Of a DNA stretch of 64,000 nucleotides, positions 61,556-64,000 are shown piece by piece (position 1 is the stretch's first letter; every line of letters begins with the position of its first letter). The notes under the pieces are model-generated. The model searched no databases, had not been told where the DNA came from, and was given only the letters and a program-made list of their open reading frames with translations. The stretch covers positions 1-64,000 of the forward strand of contig MCFE01000466.1 in the NCBI GenBank assembly GCA_002104905.1, written 5' to 3'. The DNA is from Basidiobolus meristosporus CBS 931.73. Lineage: Eukaryota; Fungi; Basidiobolomycota. Made by a program: the position numbers and the translations under genes.

Positions 61556-62537
61556 TGTTGTGTTGTGCTGAATACCTACCTGAACCCATTGTATCGCTTT
61601 TTTTATACTGGGTTCTTGCAGTTGGATGACAAATGCTTGGAAATTTCTGGTTAATTTTCAAGATTTTCACCTGACGCGTAACTCGTTTGGCAATCGAGTT
61701 ATCAATCCATTTATGGTCAGAACTAGAGTTGCTCTGAACGCATGCTGATAAATGGCATAAATAACGGGTAGCAGTAAGAATAAGTAGCGATTAAACAGAC
61801 ATGAGAATACGGATGATATGACACTTTTGTGCTAACCATATTAAGTTATCTACATCACTTCAACGGGTATTTTTATTATTCTAATCGGGAATTATGTTCC
61901 ACCGTAGAATTCAGGGATAGTGAAGCCACTCTAGTGCAGTAATTTATGCTCACTAGACTATATCATTGGCCTAGTAGAAGAGAAACACAAGCTGGTAAAA
62001 TGCAAAATACCTGTTGAACCCTAATGCGAGATACCCAGATCGGGCCAGTATAAAATAAAGTTCTACTCTTTCGCAACAAATACTGCATTATTGGTCATCA
62101 ATATCTATCAAAAGGTATTTCTTCTACGCACTTTCGGGTTTCTAACACTATCGAGCGCTGTTGCTAGGAATTAAGGCCTGTGTGATATTACAAGACCCTC
62201 GTTTGTTTTCAAGCTCACCACCGTTTAGTATATGATCACTACCATACAGCTTTGGCTTTGGTTTGAACATACACTCTTGAGCCTCGCTACTCCATATATT
62301 TGCGCCAAAATTTTGTCATGAAACCCAAGTCAATCCCGGCATCGTTTTGGTGTACCAAGACCTTCCTTCATTTTGAGCGTAGAACCTGCTTTTAGCTCAC
62401 TTCTTGTTTTACTTGCAGTTACAAATTTCCATCTTTTGGCATTCATGCAGGCGAGATTATGGGCCAACATACCTATATGTGTTTCGATCACCTGCACATT
62501 CTGGTCAGGTTTAAGAGTGCATCGATGGTTTGCAACT

Positions 62538-62610
62538 GGGGCGTTGGCCTAATGGATAAGGCATCAGACTTCGGATCTGGGGATTGTGGGTTCGAGTCCC
62601 ATGCGCCTCG
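62538..62610 (+). tRNA. tRNA-Arg(TCG)
   Basis: Anticodon arm TCAGA-CTTCGGA-TCTGG; D arm GCCT/AGGC; B box GGTTCGAGTCC. Confidence 0.95.
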
Positions 62611-63265
62611 TGAATATTTTGTAACCTTCATGAAATACCAGTCCTGCCCTAATGCTCAGCGATAGGTTTACGAGTTTATTTTCACCTCTTTGTTTACTGA
62701 TGAATGTTTATAGCGATATACATGGTAAAATGATGGATCTCATCGATCCTCTGTCAAAAGTGTAGTTCTTGTAGAGGGTTTGAAATCATGATCTCACCGA
62801 AGATAATAACTGAACCTTTCAAAAGGGGTTTGTATTCTCAAAGAGCTCAAAAACAGCGATAAGTTCTGGCAGACCGGGCTTTGACAAACATCCAGGCATA
62901 ATTGGGATGAGGTGGTTCTCTGAAATTGTTGGATGGTGGCAATTACTTTGTCAGAATGTTGTGCACGCTATATAATGAACGGTTAAGCACAGGCCTGACT
63001 ACAGAAGCTATGCATATACAGCATTCCCAAACTAAACCTGATCCATTTAATGCAGTTACATTAGGATTTTAACGAACTCAGTATAGAGCACAAGTAAAAT
63101 GTTCAAGATCACGTAGTTTGAGTTGGTCTACAATACTTGGAATTCATATGGATTCTAGAGGTTATCAGTTTCAAAGCATAAAGCCTGGACCTTACTAAAA
63201 CTTAAAGAGCAGATTGAATTGATATTTTGGTGGTTTGGAAGCTAAGCTTGAGAGTGGTTTATTTT

Positions 63266-63586
63266 TGTTACATGCTTAAAAGAATAATGTCCTTTAAAGA
63301 GAATGGAATTAGATAACATGTATGTTATCTTGTAGATTTGATGGGGTAGTGTAAGAATATCTCTTAAAAGGTTAGGATGGTGACCTGTAGAAATATATTC
63401 AAAATAATACTTGTTTCTACTGCTCTTCCTACTTCTAACTAAACTTCAACTCTATTTGATTGGTATGTATACCTTATTGTGAGTCTAGTGATTTGTCTTG
63501 TTTTGCTTTTCCCTGGCTACTAAGTCGTCTTTGTATGCGTTGATATCACTTAACATTGAGTGACTCGTTACTCTGTAATAATAACA
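63266..63586 (-). mobile_element. Solo LTR (family T) directly upstream of tRNA-Pro
   Basis: Colinear with 57333-57653, differing largely by CpG transitions. TGTTAC start, ATAACA end; TSD imperfect (TTTT/ATTT). Confidence 0.8.
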
Positions 63587-63597
63587 ATTTATACGGG

Positions 63598-63669
63598 GGC
63601 TCAATGGTCTAGTAGTATGATTCCTCGTTCGGGTCGAGGAGGTCCCGGGTTCAATTCCCGGTTGAGCCC
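63598..63669 (+). tRNA. tRNA-Pro(CGG)
   Basis: Anticodon arm CCTCG-TTCGGGT-CGAGG; acceptor GGCTCAA/TTGAGCC; B box GGTTCAATTCC. D-loop reads AGTAGTA (G18 replaced by A). Confidence 0.9.
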
Positions 63670-64000
63670 GTTTTGCTACACAAGTATAAGTATGCATTTA
63701 TCAGCGATTTTTTTATACATGGACTTATGAAAATTCCCCAACCCTCCCAAAATCAGTGACTTCCCACTAACAAAAACGCCTGACAAATAAGCGATGCCTT
63801 TCCCGGAAAACGTCGGATCATGTGCACATGCCACGGTGATTAGGTATCTTACGGCCAAGTCACTGCCATGATAGCTAACATAGCTATCCAAGTGCTCTAG
63901 ATGGCAAGTCAACAATTAGGAACCAACTACCAGCAACCATTCATTTGGTCTGTGGGAAATTGTGCCGAAGCGTTGACCATATCTCTATTCTCCACCAACT

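Noticed and set aside
62521-62537. LTR upstream of tRNA-Arg(TCG)
   Set aside because: No similarity to families T/U and no TG...CA element with TSD. This tRNA is the unoccupied one of the four.

Overview
Eukaryotic, intron-containing fungal DNA. Gene content and CpG-decayed repeats suggest an early-diverging fungus; this is an inference and no species is claimed. There are three compartments. (1) 1-31 kb is an AT-rich, almost CpG-free block of nested dead transposons: several Ty1/Copia elements of one family (349-bp LTR, half-tRNA-iMet primer site), solo LTRs of two other families with target-site duplications (TSDs), CACTA transposase remnants and a 211-bp MITE. (2) About 31-35.5 kb is an abruptly GC-rich zone in which even an old LTR copy and introns are shifted to GC; it holds a multi-exon arrestin-domain gene. 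(3) 36-64 kb is gene-rich: three tandem Pho85/Pcl-type cyclin paralogues (one disrupted), an orphan ORF, five U5 snRNA genes of two sequence types (four of them in a ~0.94-kb inverted repeat bracketing a Sec7-PH Arf-GEF gene), a 734-aa disordered protein ending in a CsbD-like motif, GNL1, two near-identical Hsp31/DJ-1 genes and four tRNA genes. The strongest new signal is that three of the four tRNA genes carry a related solo LTR ending 9-11 nt upstream, all in the same orientation, which points to a Ty3-like tRNA-gene-targeting retrotransposon family. No CRISPR, rRNA or prokaryotic system is supported. All alignments and counts were done by eye.
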